51,653 nucleotides of DNA, from positions 361,852-413,504 of the forward strand of contig MU057822.1 in NCBI GenBank assembly GCA_013265495.1. The letters are read 5' to 3'. The notes beneath the pieces are model-generated. The model did no database searches and was not told the DNA's origin. It saw only the letters and a list, made by a program, of their open reading frames with translations. This document shows, piece after piece, positions 35,071-47,200 of the stretch (position 1 is its first letter; every line of letters starts with the position of its first letter). Both the position numbers and the translations under genes were made by a program. The DNA comes from Vicugna vicugna. Lineage: Eukaryota.

Positions 35071-36810
35071 AGGGATCAGGGCCTGGTCCCAGGCCTGCAG
35101 TCTGTAAGTTGGCCTAGCACCAAATTTTCTTCTGTCGAGGGTCTCTGCATGCATGGTGACAAGCCTGTCTTGGTGGGTTTTAGACATGAGACTCAGAGAG
35201 GACAGCAGTAGTAGAGGCAACAGAGAAAGAGTGGTAGAAGCTGTGCTGTGAGAATGGTGGTCATCATTGGCTGGGACTCCAGGACACAACAAAAGACATC
35301 CCATTTCCCCATGAGGCCTGGCCATGTGGCCGCCAAGATGGCGTCCTGCTGTCTTCACTTCATTGTGCACCCATGTAATACGTCTTCATCTTCTGATGTG
35401 GCCTGAGGGTTTCTGATGCCCTGAAGGAACCTAACACAGCCCTCTTATAGAATAAGCTAACAGAGGACAGGAACTGCACTCAACTCATCTGTGGGCCCCA
35501 TGAGGACCAGAACCACAGTGTATCCAAGGTAGAAATTCAAATATTTCCTGACTCTAACTGAAATCCTTCTGAGGCATTTTCGAGCATATGCCCCAACCAC
35601 CCCCTGCCCCTACACGTTAAGACTGTTCAAATGAGATTAGTTCACTCATCTCAACAAATACATCAATCTTTTCCCCCAAATATCAGTATGACGTGTATTG
35701 TATCCTTTGCCCACACACAGGACTCCGCTCTTATTCTTTTGTGTTGGGTTTTTTCCTTATTAACCCAGTAATGTTTCAACTTTGGTTTGGCAATCTCATG
35801 GGAAAAAGGGAGAGCCAACAAGCCTTCTGAAGGGCAGATGAATAGAGGTCAGTTCTTTCAATGGCAAACACAGTTGTGGTCTTAGGAGTGACCTGGGGCA
35901 GACTGGGTGAAAACAAAGATGTGGGTGCTGCAAGTTGGAATGACAAAGGCCAACAATGGTGGGTGTGGACGAGGGAGGACTGGAAACAGAAAGAACTACA
36001 GACGTTATGAAAAAGCATTGGCCAATTGGATGTGGAAGGAGCAGAGGAGTTAGTGAAGATGCCAAGGTTCTCAGAAAAGGAAACCCAGGCAGTGATGACA
36101 GAAGCAAACATTCAGAGGCATTAGGGGCATAGAAAGAACTCTTCCAATTTAGACCTGTTCCCGAACACTGACGTTCCTGTGTCCAAGTGGGCTCCAGTGA
36201 GAGGTCAGAGCAGTAGGTGGAAAAAAGGGCCCCAACTATCCTAGTTTTCAGTGTTTGTGAAGCAATCTAGTGTTTAGTGTCTAACATTTCTTTAGGACAC
36301 TCTTAAGTGTCTTCTCATTTAAGTAGCAAGTGCAGTGCGGGATACAACTGGCTTAAACAGACGTTTGATTAGCATAACTTCCACCTGGGAGACAATTCAT
36401 TCAGGATGGACACAGACTAATGTTTATCTCCTTAGAGGACAAAATAAAAGGGTATTTGTCAAAACCACAAGCCAACAGGTGGCTCTGAGCTTCCTGACTG
36501 CGCTGAAGCCAGATGTTTGGAACACAGTGAGATGGGGAAGCTGCCTTCCTGGGGCTGGTTGTTCAAGGGTGGTGCAGGCTGTGGGGCAACAGAGGCCGAA
36601 GCAAATGGATGGGCAATCCTCTCCCAAGATTAAGTATGGCCCAGCCGTTCCTTCTGGGCCATACTGCCACAGTATGAGTTTAAGGCGAAAAATCCATGGG
36701 TAGTTTTCAGATTTTAACTTTGAGTCCAATCCCCAAAGAATCCTAGCCCCCTAAAAAAATTGCAAGACAACTCCAATGAAACCTATGGAAATGACTTGTG
36801 GAATACCTAC

Positions 36811-36951
36811 CAATGAATTCATAGTTCTTCTCATAGAATGAAAGCCAATTTTGAAGTGTCAGCATCTCAGAAGGAGACAGGTCAGATACATCATCCGCAA
36901 GGCCTGCTGCAGAGTAGTCCCCGGTCACAAAGGCTCTAGAGGCGTCTCTGC
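36811..36951 (-). CDS. CYB5D2: CYB5D2 exon 2 (cytochrome b5-like heme/steroid-binding domain)
   Basis: minus tctcctcag| ... G|gtaggt; [13 protein letters not shown]...[12 protein letters not shown], a MAPR-family signature. Confidence 0.95.
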
Positions 36952-38374
36952 CTGAGGAGAGACGTTTCCTGTAAGTTAACTTGTAAATCACCAACGCTGT
37001 ACAAACCAAAGAATCTACTTTCTGAGAAACATTTCCTGAAAACCCTCATTCCCCATCCCTGAAAGCAAAGCCAACCCCTGTTCCTCTGTGATAGATGCTC
37101 CTGGATCTTGGACACACATGAGTATCGGACACAAAGGAACTCAGTCAACAGTAGAGCACACTGCAAAAGAAAAATCTCCCCGGAAATGGAGGGTTTTTTG
37201 CTCACACTTGTGCATACAGCCATGACAGCCGTATCAGGGTGTGCAAGGGAGTGCACCAAAAAGTGCCCTCACCCAGCAGGTAAATAAAACCCTTGATTCC
37301 AGTCCCAGCTCTCTTCTATCTCACTGTGTAAGCCCCGGATAAGCCCCTTCCCCTGCTGGGCTGTTTGAGGGGCTCAGCAACACTAATGGAACTTAATTCC
37401 TCCCCTGTCAAAGCTTCTATTTCTGAAGTTCTCCCTAGAGACAGGGAAGTGACTAGAATTTAAGTACCAGAGGCAGCTTCTCAATTCCCCTGTGATAATG
37501 ACAAGCAAAGAATGCCCATTTAATGCTGCTTCGTCACTGGCCTTAAGCTTGCTCATCATTTGCTTTTTCTTTTTTAATCTCGGAGATGATCATTCCTCTG
37601 GGCTGGTAAGGTAAAAGTAACAGGCTGGTAGTCCGAGTTCAAGTCCTGTCAGTACTTGGTTGTGAGGGCTTTAGGCAAATCACATCCTCCAATCCCCTCA
37701 GTTGCAGAGTGGGGACAGAATAAACCTCATTTGCTAAATGTTCTCTGAGGCCTAACATATGCACAGCTTTGTTCTAAGTTTGGAAGGACTGTAAAGGTGG
37801 CCAGACTCCCTGCATTCTAACCTGATAAACTTTAAAAGAAGGCAGACAAATGCATTTGTACTAGAAGCATCTAGTCCAGATCTGTACTCATACCAAATGT
37901 ACTATTTTTAGGGGAAACTTGGGGTAGCGGTAAAGAAAGGTGACTTCGGGTAGGGACACATTGAAGAAATGATACGAATCAGCAGGGGAACTCTTGAGGT
38001 CAGGGTCAGGGCCTCTCTCAACTCTGTGCCCTGAGGGCCACGGTGTGGCACAAGGCAGGTACTGGGGGGTTCTGCTGGCGGGTAAAGAGAAACCAACAGG
38101 AGGCTAGAGATGTGTTTCTCCAACCCAAGTCAACGAAGAGCGGTGGGGAAAGACAGGGAGGGTAGAGGCCAGTAACAGTTGCCCATAGTCCTGCTGGAGT
38201 CAAAACAGTCCAGAAGGATGATGCAGCTGAGCCTGGCCCCGACGCTGGTCTGACGAATGTGGGGGGTGTAAATGCAGACGAATAAACGAATGAATGAGTA
38301 AGTGAATGAATGAAACACAGGCGGCTACTAGCCCCCGTTGGAGGAGGAAAAGGCGTCAGCCGCCTCGCTAATAC

Positions 38375-38630
38375 CTGCGAAGCCGCTATAGTGGGCTCCA
38401 GGCCCGTAGTGCTTCCGGCCAGAGGACACATCGTAGATGCGGCCGAGCAGAGCCAAGTAGAGGCCCGGGTCCCCAGGGCGGCCGCGGTAGCGGGCCAGCT
38501 CCTCGGGTATGAAAAGGCGAAAGTCAGCGCGGGGACTCCACCAGCCCATCAGCCGTGTGGCCATCACCGCTGTCGCTGCCGCTGCCGCCGCCAGGCCCAG
38601 CCAGAGCCCACGGCCGCCGAGCACCGGCAT
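38375..38630 (-). CDS. CYB5D2: CYB5D2 exon 1 coding part (hydrophobic N-terminus plus start of b5-like domain)
   Basis: ATG at 38630; [19 protein letters not shown]...[30 protein letters not shown]; donor G|gtatta; four exons total 801 nt = 266 aa + stop. Confidence 0.95.
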
Positions 38631-39197
38631 TTAGACAGCCGCACCTCCTCCGTTCCCCCGAAGTTGCGGCCTCTCCGTCCACTACTAAGATGGCGGAGAA
38701 CCGGCCGCTACGTCACCAGCGCGACGCGCGCTCTCCGCTGTCCGCCTGTCACTAAGAGGGCAAAGAAGGACTGAAAGGGAAAAGTCTGACGAAAAGTTCA
38801 TCGGCCGGCTCCAACTCTTTCGTACTTGTCCAGCATAGCTAGTGAACGAGGAGGGACACAGAGAAAGTAAGCGGCGAAGGGCCCTGTTGGCCGGCAGGTT
38901 GTCCGCCCCCAACAAAGATGGTGGCATAGGAGGCTGCGGGATGACGTAGACGTTGTGACAGAAGCACCCGTTTGGAAATCTGGCTGTCCTCGGCTGGCTG
39001 TCTCACGACAGCTGGTGAAATCCGCTTGACGGCGCCTTTGCGACAGCAGTCCTCGCTTGTCGGCGTGGAAGCCGGAAGCCGCAGCCGCCGCCGTCGTCCC
39101 CTCCCCGTCCCCGCCCGCCGGGTGCCGTCGGAGGTTGACAGGTCGTGGCGGGGAGGCGGCGGCGGCGGCAGAGCCGGGCGCCCGAGACGGAGACCCC

Positions 39198-39551
39198 ATG
39201 GGGAACGCTCCGAGTCACAGCAGTGAAGACGAGGCGGCAGCCGCCGGGGGCGAGGGCTGGGGCCCGCACCAGGACTGGGCTGCGGACTCGGGCACGACCC
39301 CCGGCCCGGGCACCGCGGCCCCGGCGCTGCCGCCCGCCGCGGCCCTGCTGGAGCCGGCACGGCTGAGAGAGGCGGCGGCCGCGCTGCGGCCCACGCCGCC
39401 CTGCGAGTCTCTGGTGTCTAGGCACCACGGCGCGCTGTTGCGCTGGCTGGAAGAGCGGCTGGGCCGCGGCGAAGAGTCCGTCACCCTGGAGCAGTTCCGG
39501 GAGCTGCTGGAGGCTCGTGGCGCCGGCTGTTCGGGCGAGCAGTTCGAGGAG
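39198..39551 (+). CDS. ZZEF1: ZZEF1 (zinc finger ZZ-type and EF-hand domain containing 1) coding exon 1; exon 2 not seen in window
   Basis: MGNAPSHSSEDEAAAAGGEGWGPHQDW...ARGAGCSGEQFEE (118 codons), donor GAG|gtcagg; matches recalled ZZEF1 N-terminus and synteny. Confidence 0.93.
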
Positions 39552-40999
39552 GTCAGGGCTGACTGGCGATTACGGGGCGGGGGCAGGGCGGTCGCCCCCA
39601 AGGGCGTAAAGAGGTGGGCGGTGGCTTTGGAGAGGCCGGGCAGGAACCCATAGTCTGCAGGGCAGAAACCCATACGGTCTGCAGGTTCCGAGAATAGGAC
39701 CATGGGGGTGCCGGGACCCACATTGTGTGCTTCCAGCCTGTTCACTCCGGGAGACGACTGCGAATCTCTTTAACCTTTATTAGAGGCGTGGAAAGCCTAG
39801 GCTAGGCGGTTCTTGTTCGGGAATACTGGGCAAGCCTGGATGTCTTTGCATGTTGCTGTAGTACAGACCTTTGTGCTGTTGCCTGACGCTGGATCAGCTG
39901 CTCTTTGGAGCTTCCTTATCACGCTCCAACGGTTTAAGGGCAATGTAGTGGGATTGAGGAAGCGGCCATGAAAACCATTCCGTTTTATTGGCCAGTGGGT
40001 TTTTGCAGAGCACCTTGCGCCGAACAAATGTCGGAGCAAGATAACATATACTGGAAATATTCACATTCTGAAAGCCATTCGTATAACGCAAAAACTAGCT
40101 TTTGCAAAATATGTATTTATTTTTGGATCTTTGAAAAACCTCTTTTAGATTCATTTAAACCTCCCTAGAACCTAAAATTGATAGGCAAATACCAGCTTTC
40201 CCGTGAATACTTACAATTACCTAGTTTTGGGCATAATCACCAACATCATCTCTGTTAAGTAATTAACAGCAAGTTGATATGGCAACAAAATATTTTCCTT
40301 GGAAGAGATCGTAGAAATTATCTGTACCAAACACTTCATTTTAGAGTTAAGAGAACTGATCCAGGATGTTACTCTGTGAATCATTGGCAAAACTGAGGCT
40401 GACTCTCACTCAGATTTCTTGTTTGTCTTATGTCCCACTACCTCCTTCTTGGAACCCCATTTCTTTAACTCCACAATGTTTTAACAAAAGGTACTTAATT
40501 TGTGAAAATGGGTAAACCATGTAGTATTTTTCAGTGTCGATGAAGGGTGAGTACATAAAGTCATAAACTGACAAGTACTTGTAATTCCTTTAAAAAGTGA
40601 TGTGCACTTTAAAACCAGAGACTTCTAAAATATTTTAAGAATGTCTTCCTCTGTATGGCCAGAATTCAGATAATGTGGTTTGTATGTTGGTCATATTACT
40701 TGGTGAAAAGTCTCCTTTTTTTTTTTAATTCCAAGAGTACACATAATACTTTGCACTCTAGTCCTAGGTGTATTATGAGAAAATGAAGCGGTGTCAGAAA
40801 GAGCTGTGCAGATCTGTTGAAGGAGTTGGCACATTTCAAAATTGTCTAAAAGAGAATAGAGAGAAACAATGTTTACATTGTGAGAGCTTCTGACTGGAAT
40901 AGAGCTGCAGGTGGAGTTTACAGGAGTCCTGTATTGTAAAGGCCAAGAAATCCTCGAAGTGTGGCCCAGAAATAACTCAAGGGCTGTGACATTGTCCAT

Positions 41000-42360
41000 T
41001 CAGTCACTGAGCAAATATTTATTGGGCACATATTGAGTGCCAAGCACTTTGATGACAGTGGGCAAAGCAGATACTTGCTCTTAAAGAGTACCTAGTACCG
41101 AAAGAGATGCACATTAACCTAGCAGTTATGGGTGGGGTGTTGTCACCACAAGGAAAAGCAGAGGGAAAAAATAGCAGGAGTGTTTAACCTCATCTAGGGT
41201 GTCAAGGGAGACTTACCTGAAGTGTGACATTTCAGCAGAGTTGAAGGATGCAAGCAGCCAAGGAGCGGTAGGTGTTAGCAGTGTTTCAGGCAGAGGGAAT
41301 TGCATGTGCAAGTCCTAAGTCCAGAGGATGGAGAATCCGGAGGCATGGTGTGGTGTGTTAGAGTTATAAAACTGCTTCAAGGAACAGGAAATCCAGTGCA
41401 TGCTTTCAGCAATAAAGAAGCTTTTTCTGTAGAAGTCCAGGTAGGCAGTCCCGGATTGATACGGCTGTTTCACAGTTACCAGGGACCTGGCTCCATCCAT
41501 CTTGTGCTGTCATCCTCCACAGTCACCTTCTACTTAGTGATTCAAATGACTTTCTGCTGTCGCTTTCCACATTCCCACCAGCGGGAAAGAGAGGGCCATG
41601 CCTCCTCTCATAAAGGCATGGCTTCCCTCCTGTTGGCCCAAACTCAGTCACGTGGCCACACTTAACTGCAAGGGAGGCTGGGTAAGATCCTTATTCCATG
41701 GCCGTATATTCAGCCAAGAATCAGGATTTAATTACTGAGGAAGAGGAGAATAGTTACTGGGTTATGATAGCAGTCTTTGACTCACACAGCTAGGTCATAG
41801 AATGCAGCAGGAGGAGAACAAGGCTAGGAAGCAGGCAGGGGCCAGATTGTGGTAGTCCTTTGCAGCCTCTGTTGAACAGGAGTTTGCAGACGGTGGAGTT
41901 TGAAGCCAAGTGCCATGCTGGCTGTGGCTGCCTAATGGAGAACCAGTGGTGAAGGGTCAGAGGGACCCAAGCAGATCAGTTAGGAGGCTACTTTGACAGT
42001 CTAGGTAGGAGATTGGATGGCTTGGGCTAAGATGGTGGCAGCTAAAATAGTAGGCAGTGGTCAATTTTGAGAGCTATTTAGAAAGTAGAATAAGCAGTTC
42101 TTGAGACTTAGGTGTGGATAGAGGAGTAGAAGGAGAAAGGAGCCAAGGTTGCCTCCAGCATTACTGACACCAGTGACGGGGAAGATGATAGTGCTGTTTA
42201 TTGAAGGGAAAATCTGCAGGAAGGGAAGACCTGGAGAGGGAAGGTGAGTTTGCTTTGGTACATGTTGAGTTTAATGCGTCCATGAGACAGCTAAGTCAAG
42301 GTGTCTCTTAGATGGTTGGGTGTCTGAGCCTGGAGCTTAGGAGAGAAGACTGCATGGGAT
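41000..42360 (-). mobile_element. L2 LINE fragment interrupted by an MLT1 LTR; bounds approximate
   Basis: cattcagtcactgagcaaatatttattgggcac (L2 tail), tttcaggcagagggaattgcatgtgcaa, later ttaggaggcta...tttggtacatgttgagttt. Confidence 0.7.
41350..41780. mobile_element. MLT1-type (MaLR) solo LTR; bounds approximate
   Basis: agaagtccaggtaggcagtcc...agggacctggctcc...ttggcccaaactcagtcacgtggccacacttaactgcaagggaggctggg. Confidence 0.7.
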
Positions 42361-43067
42361 ACAGTCATAAGTTTGCACACTGGAGTTTCATGAGAAAATA
42401 GCTGCATTGTTTCCTCTTATTCTGATGAGGGTTTTTTTTTTCTTTCAGTGACCAAATGTGGAAAAGACTGTGCTCTGTAAGAACTTATATCCCTTGAGCT
42501 AGTCCATGGACTGTTTAGCCTAGTTAAATGACCAGAGGTCATTTGGCCACTGTAACTAAAATATATGGGAGGAAGAATCTGAACGATTATACCTTCTTTC
42601 TATGGAACACAGGATCATAGTAGTCACATACGTGGTGAAAATAAACATTAAGTAGTCATGAGCACAGCAATAAGAACTGATGATTTATGGAACGTTGTGA
42701 GTTCTTATTTTTATAAAAATTCATGGGACAGTCTAGAGCTGTGTCACAGGGTATTAAATCCATGCACAGAATTTACCAATGTTGTGCTTGGAAGTTTTCT
42801 TTCATATGCATGTAATTATCTCACCTTGCTCTCTACAGTGTGCTCAGATCCATGGTATCTGATAATGTAGGCCCGCCATGCAGGGCAAGTTGGTGACAAC
42901 AGCCACCAAGCCAAGGAGGAAACCAAGGACTCTGCAGAGTTCAGGGACTCACTTAAATAAGATTGGAAGTTAAGTTTTGGTACTAACAGTCAAGTGTGGG
43001 TCTGCCGACTCCAGATCCTGGGCCCTTTTTTGTTTAAGGAGCTGATTCTCTGTGGTTATTCTTCTTT

Positions 43068-44219
43068 CTTTTCTTTTTTTTTTTTACATTTTTTATTGAT
43101 TCATAATCATTTTACAGTGTTGTGTCAAATTCCAGTGTTCAGCACAATTTTTCAGTCATTCATGGACATATACACACTCATTGTCACATTTTTTTCTCTG
43201 TGATTTATCATAACATTTTGTGTATATTTCCCTGTGCTATACAGTGTAATCTTGTTTATCTATTCTACAATTTTGAAATCCCAGTCTATCCCTTCCCACC
43301 CTTTANNNNNNNNNNNNNNNNNNNNNNNNNNNNNNNNNNNNNNNNNNNNNNNNNNNNNNNNNNNNNNNNNNNNNNNNNNNNNNNNNNNNNNNNNNNNNNN
43401 NNNNNNNNNNNNNNNNNNNNNNNNNNNNNNNNNNNNNNNNNNNNNNNNNNNNNNNNNNNNNNNNNNNNNNNNNNNNNNNNNNNNNNNNNNNNNNNNNNNN
43501 NNNNNNNNNNNNNNNNNNNNNNNNNNNNNNNNNNNNNNNNNNNNNNNNNNNNNNNNNNNNNNNNNNNNNNNNNNNNNNNNNNNNNNNNNNNNNNNNNNNN
43601 NNNNNNNNNNNNNNNNNNNNNNNNNNNNNNNNNNNNNNNNNNNNNNNNNNNNNNNNNNNNNNNNNNNNNNNNNNNNNNNNNNNNNNNNNNNNNNNNNNNN
43701 NNNNNNNNNNNNNNNNNNNNNNNNNNNNNNNNNNNNNNNNNNNNNNNNNNNNNNNNNNNNNNNNNNNNNNNNNNNNNNNNNNNNNNNNNNNNNNNNNNNN
43801 NNNNNNNNNNNNNNNNNNNNNNNNNNNNNNNNNNNNNNNNNNNNNNNNNNNNNNNNNNNNNNNNNNNNNNTTGAGTCGTATGAGCTGCTTATATATTTTG
43901 GAGATCAAGCCTTTGTCGGTTTCACTTGCAAAAATTTTCTCCCATTCCGTAGGTTTTCTTCTTGTTTTATTTCTGGTTTCCTTTGCTCTGCAGAAGCTTG
44001 TAAGTTTCATTAGGTCCCATTTGTTTATTCTTGCTTTTATTTCTTCTAGGAGAAAATTTTTGAAATGTATGTCAGATAATGTTTTGCCTATGTTTTCCTC
44101 TAGGAGGTTTATTGTATCTTGTCTTATGTTTAAGTCTTTAATCCATTCTGAGTTGATTTTTGTATATGGTGTAAGGGTGTGTTCTAGCTTCATTGTTTTA
44201 CATGCTGCTGTCCAGTTTG
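43068..44219 (-). mobile_element. Young 5'-truncated L1 with ORF2 C-terminal fragment, poly(A) tail and 17-bp TSD
   Basis: [23 protein letters not shown]...[11 protein letters not shown]...[10 protein letters not shown] is L1 ORF2-like; exact TSD tgtggttattcttcttt at 43051-43067 and 44220-44236. Confidence 0.93.
43306..43870. other. Assembly gap (565 N) inside the L1
   Basis: run of N. Confidence 1.
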
Positions 44220-46959
44220 TGTGGTTATTCTTCTTTAGTCTCAGGAATACATAATTAATACTTTAATTTTTCCCTTCATCTTAAGGGAGGCCTAGCATGG
44301 GTAATCCAAATGGGAGCAAAATCATCATGAATTTTTCTTGAAACTTATTTACCTTTATTAGATTTGGGGCAGGGGAAGTTGAGGCTTGGGTTGATACTAA
44401 CTATGCTGATCCCCACTGGTTAACACTGGTTACTTGAAGAGACAGTTCTGACGCAAGGTGAAGGCTTAGGTAAGGCTTAAAAACCTGACTGAGATCATCT
44501 CACAGTGGTTGTCTTGTCTGTAACTGAAGAGTAACTGTATTTGTAATATCCAAAAAGTAAGTATTAGCTATGCATTTGATCCTGTCCTTTAAAAATAAAT
44601 CTGTCCCTTGACTTGAATAAGTCTGTGTCTTAGTTAATTCTACATCTAAGCTTCTGAAAATGTATTATGGTATTTTAATTCAAGTTTTGTGAAACAATAA
44701 TAAAATGTTTTTATGGTAGCAACTAAAATGATAAGCTATTTCCTTTCATTCATTTTATGAGAGTGAGCATGGTAGAGCAGGTTCGCAGTGGTATATATTA
44801 TTTATTAGTACAGTGGTAAGAGTTTCCAAGGTGTTTCATGTCGGTTCTTTGGGGTCCTGTTGCCATCCAGGTCCACCCAGCTGTCTTGCCTTCACATTCC
44901 TGTAACCTTAGTTGCTTGAAGTAATGTCCTAAAGAAGTTCTTGAAGTGGAACCAAGGACCAAAGTCTGAAATGTTATCATTTTATAGTACTACACACCTT
45001 TTCTCTTGGTGGGTGTGGTCCATGCAGAAGGACTCTTTGATTTGCTCACAGGGAGCAATATTTAATTTAATTGACTCCTATGTAGAAGAAGAATAGAGTT
45101 AAAATTAAATTCTTATTTGACATCAGGGATTAGAGATTAGATATGGTGCTCTCAATAAGATATGCTTCCAGTGAATGATGTAGACTAGAGCAGAAAAAAG
45201 TGCTGAACACAGAAGTGATAGCAGGTGGCTTCAAGGTGAGCATTTAGTATGAATAAGTCTTATTTTATCAATTTGCCATGTTAGCTTTGGTGGTGCCTAT
45301 TTTGTAAAGTTCGTTGGGTTGTAAAGTCTGAGGGAAGGACCATTTTCATTCATTTATTTATTGTCTTAGCACAGTTCTGGCTCACAGCCAGCGCTCAGTA
45401 GGTGTCTTCCCTGTGGAGCTCTCAATTTGATTTGACAGATTGAATGTGGTACAGTCCTCATTCTCCAATCTCATGTTTTACATTCGAACTGTAACTTTTT
45501 AATAAGAAGATATTTCTTGACATTGGAGGAAACAGTTAAATACAATTTTAGTGAAAACTTAGGTTCTTAGTCACTGTTGGGTTTAGAGGAAATTTAGAGC
45601 AAAATGTCATCTTGGCATTATCGTATCAGAAATAATTATCATGTCAGTTAATTTAGAATGGCCCTGAGCCCGAGAACTATGCGAACAGAATTATGCAGAT
45701 GTAATTCTCTACCCTTTCAAGACAGAATGTGAGAGACATGCGTCTGTTCCATAAAGAGGAAGCTGACTACAAGCATTGCTTACCCTCAGCTTGAAGCCTG
45801 TAGGGGCTCTCCACTGCCTGAGGGACAGGTACATATTCCTCTGAATGAGTGGGAGCCCACAGGCTGGCCCCTGTGCCTGTCTGACCTCATCTACTTCTGT
45901 CCCCTGTGGGACACCTGCCTTGTCCTCTGTGTAGACCTTGCTTCTATCAGTTCTTCAAGATTCTCTGCCTTGGTACCATCACCTGGTCAGGACCAAGCCT
46001 TCCTTGTGGCATTATTCAGATGGCTTCCATAGAACTGTATTTTCAGTGCTACCCTTGAGGCTCTTGTTTCCTGTTCTGTGCAGGTCACTTAGCCCTTAGA
46101 GCACGCTGTCTGGCCTTGCTCTGCCACGGGGTTGAGGCCTCCTGCCGCCTTCTGCACTACTCCAGCCCGCAGGAGGTCTCCAGTAAGTGCTGGCCATCGA
46201 CAGTGATGAGGCAGTGCAGAGGAGGCGGGTCCTGGGAGACCTGGAGGTTATTCTTGCCTTGTGTGCTTCGCTGTGGGGGGAAAGATGGTGTTAGTTTCTT
46301 CTGGAGAACTTCACGATCCAAGAGAGCTATAGAGGAGAGTTCCCAGCTCTGTTTTGCCTTTCTCTGATTTCCAGAACACCACTTCATCAGGTACTGCCTT
46401 GCTTTAGAAACCTCAGTGGCTCCCCACTGCCTTCAGCATCAAGTGTTAGTATCACATGCAGGTCTCTGTCCCCGTCCACTCTGACCTTCCAGTGCTCTGG
46501 AGCCAGCCAGGCCCATTCAGTGTTTCCCATCTCTGGGGATTTTGTCCTTTTCTCCCTTTCTCCCCACTTCAGCCCTTTGCTCCCTCCTAAGCCCTCTCCA
46601 CTTTCAAGGACCACATAGAAGCATTTAACAGTAGCATGGGGGTTGGGAAAGGCTTCACCAAACCAAGGCTTGAGAGGCTAGAAGAATTTGCCAGGCAAAG
46701 GAAGAGAAGGATATTCCTGTTGAAAGGCACCGCATATGTGAATATATTGAGGTGAGAGAGAGCAAACTTTGAGGAATGATATTCCTTTGGTACCTGGTCT
46801 AGAGTCTGAGTTGGCTGGGACCTTAGTAGCCATTGTAGGCAACCTGTCCCCCCACCCCTTCCCTCCAAAGGGACCCCTTCTGTAACACCCTGGACAGTTA
46901 GCCTGTTAACCGTTATCAGCAAGTTTGCTGCTTTGTAAGTCTGCCTGTTCCACTGTTCT

Positions 46960-47200
46960 GTCTTAGACTGAGCTTGAGCCCTGGAGTCAGCCTGCTTGTG
47001 GGCAAATCGTTCCACCATCCTCAAGCCGTGTGACCTTGATTGGCTTACATGACCACTCTGGGTCTCAGTTGTCTCACCAATAAAATGAGCATAATGAGAA
47101 TATCTACGTTATATAGTTGGTATAAGGATTAAATGAATTAATTCACATAAAGCACCTAGAACGATGTCTGGCACATGCTTAATGCTCAGTAAGCGTTGCT
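46960..47200 (+). mobile_element. MIR SINE, near full length
   Basis: ctggagtcag...gtgtgaccttga...tctcagttgtctcaccaataaaatg...aggattaaatga...aaagcacctagaacgatgtctggcaca. Confidence 0.8.

Larger units (their letters stand above)
38330..39720. promoter_or_regulatory. CpG island / bidirectional promoter for CYB5D2 and ZZEF1
   Basis: Very GC- and CpG-rich; divergent ATGs 567 bp apart; YY1 AAGATGGCGG 38687-38696, CRE-like TACGTCA 38709-38715 and TGACGTA 38942-38948, GC box 38903-38908, tandem ETS GGAAGCCGGAAGC 39067-39079. Confidence 0.9.

Noticed and set aside
35328..35345. Intronic YY1/CTCF-like GCCGCCAAGATGGCG
   Set aside because: Isolated motif outside a CpG island with three mismatches to the CTCF core
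38690..38755. Strong-Kozak ATG (aagATGG) short ORF on + strand
   Set aside because: It coincides with the YY1 motif and probably lies upstream of the ZZEF1 start site
268..39551. U12-type or non-canonical introns
   Set aside because: All inferred junctions are GT-AG and none has a GTATCC donor
38310..39745. Overlapping 130-200 aa ORFs on both strands
   Set aside because: Expected stop depletion in a CpG island; they are antisense or alternative frames of CYB5D2 and ZZEF1 exon 1
43122..44193. 250-296 aa ORFs
   Set aside because: Their length comes from translating the N gap; only the minus-strand L1 ORF2 part is real
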